A stretch of DNA of 64,000 nt. Source: Smithella sp. GTDB lineage: Bacteria > Desulfobacterota > Syntrophia > Syntrophales > Smithellaceae. Made by a program: the position numbers and the translations under genes. Below, one piece after another: positions 63,701-64,000 of the stretch. The notes below the pieces were generated by a model. The model ran no database searches, was not told the DNA's origin, and was given only the letters and a program-made list of their open reading frames with translations. The stretch is from positions 16,858 to 80,857 of the forward strand of contig JBKQWB010000061.1 in the NCBI GenBank assembly GCA_052139735.1. The letters are read 5' to 3'. Every line of letters starts with the position of its first letter. Position 1 is the first letter of the stretch.

Positions 63701-64000
63701 TAACCGGCTCAACCGTATTGTTGTAGCTTCCTGCACACCGCGTACGCACGAACCGATCTTCCGGGATACACTCCGTGAAGCGGGATTAAACCAGTATTTA
63801 TTCGAAATGGCTAACATCCGTGACCAATGTTCCTGGGTACACTCGACGATACCGGAGCAGGCCACTCAGAAAGCTGTCGAACTGGTGAAGATGTCTATTG
63901 CCCGGGCCCGTAGATTAGTTCCATTACAGGGTTCTTATTCCAACGTCATTCAGAATGGTCTGGTTATCGGCGGCGGCCTCAGCGGTATGACAGCAGCTCT
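60753..64000 (+). CDS. hdrA: Giant HdrA/HdrL-type flavoprotein with inserted GltD-like NAD(P)H module, 3'-truncated by the window edge (absent from the ORF track)
   Basis: ATG 60753: GGGIAG, LDKTFPTGDC, CPANI..CGRVC.HPCE, VAVIGAGPAG, VIGGGNVA, QCVGSRD, YCSSVCC, second HdrA repeat IGVFICHCG; same frame at the edge (LVIGGGLSGM). Confidence 0.92.
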   Translation, partial: MHKSEKKLTGAVLVQGGGIAGIQAALDLADSGFKVYLVERDAAIGGMMAQLDKTFPTGDCATCIVSPKLVECARNINIEILTLSELVGLEGEPGNFRAKIKVSPRYVDEAKCNACGQCTDACPVNVPNPFDCEMGTRKAIAKLYAQATPNKFGILKLGHSPCRVECPANINIQGYIQLIKKKEYLKAVNLIRERNPLSAICGRVCTHPCELKCTRNDVDSSVSIRLLKRFASDQEMDMVKSGKLALPEEKISSADAKKVAVIGAGPAGLTASADLADRGYSVTVYESTSAAGGMLRWGIPVYRLPKDVLDYEIELIRRKGIKFVYNTRIGIDISMDKLRQENAAVFISIGTQSSRSLGVEGEDKPGISYGLEFLRQAGDKDNRPKLNGKVVVIGGGNVAVDVARSALRLGADAVEMVSLEQRYEMPALPEEVAAALEENIKIHNGWGPKRVLGNDKVNAIELKRCTRVFDETGRFSPAYNDNETTTLNADQIIVAIGQAVDKDSLGNMGAATERNFYKVDKITLETSVKGVFAGGDDIPGSASVIGAVGAGKRAAESIDRYLKGEDMLSARFESTVKQIAPEFLPETKGMEKKPCAEQAILPVAQRANNFNEVEEGLTEEAALAEAERCLNCALCSECQQCVVACEQHAIDHSMTEKIIELNVGSVILTPGFEEFDAAKKGEYGYNRYPNVITSVQFERMLSASGPFDGHVIRRSDGQPAKRVAWIQCVGSRDTRCGNEYCSSVCCMVSTKQSMIAADHLPGLEASIFYMDIRAHGKDFDQYYERAKKQGVNYIKGIPSRIIQMPDTRDLRATFYNEANQLQEKDFDLVILSVGMEPGLSAVDTAKRLGIDLNEYDFCSTDRFTPLNTSRPGVFVGGAFQEPKDIPETVTQASAAASMAMELLSSARNTLITKAVYPDEHDVTDEQPRIGVFICHCGRNIASVIDVEKVVHAVAQDPNVIFATHTLFTCSDTSLVNIRDAIRDNRLNRIVVASCTPRTHEPIFRDTLREAGLNQYLFEMANIRDQCSWVHSTIPEQATQKAVELVKMSIARARRLVPLQGSYSNVIQNGLVIGGGLSGMTAA

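Noticed and set aside
60774-63865. Many short ORFs listed in the last 3 kb
   Set aside because: Shadow or antisense frames of the long hdrA-type gene starting at 60753

Overview
This is an AT-leaning bacterial chromosomal window. Its gene content (acyl-CoA dehydrogenase/ETF, phenylacetate-CoA ligase, ADP-forming acyl-CoA synthetase, Hdr/MvhD) fits an anaerobic syntrophic deltaproteobacterium; Smithella/Syntrophales-like is an inference. Most of it is housekeeping: thyX, murI, lysA, pit, pdxST, hisHF, mnmG, degQ, a DEAD helicase, tRNA-Gln, a perfect parS site and a decayed mutM. Four things stand out. (1) A putative sigma54/NifA-type controlled operon, mvhD-metF-(split, duplicated glutamate-synthase subunits)-hdrC-hdrB-giant hdrA, where the HdrA carries an embedded GltD-like module. 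This is a candidate Hdr-coupled, possibly electron-bifurcating glutamate synthase or C1-nitrogen system. (2) A kamA + two ATP-grasp ligases + GNAT cluster that looks like an uncharacterised beta-lysine peptide pathway. (3) A family of ~125-bp hairpin MITE-like elements at gene junctions. One sits between hisH and hisF, duplicates the ATGCTTAG stop/start overlap and carries a 58-codon bridging ORF that would preserve translational coupling. (4) A different element triplicated together with the first 13 codons of etfB. All calls come from reading motifs by eye; no database searches were run.
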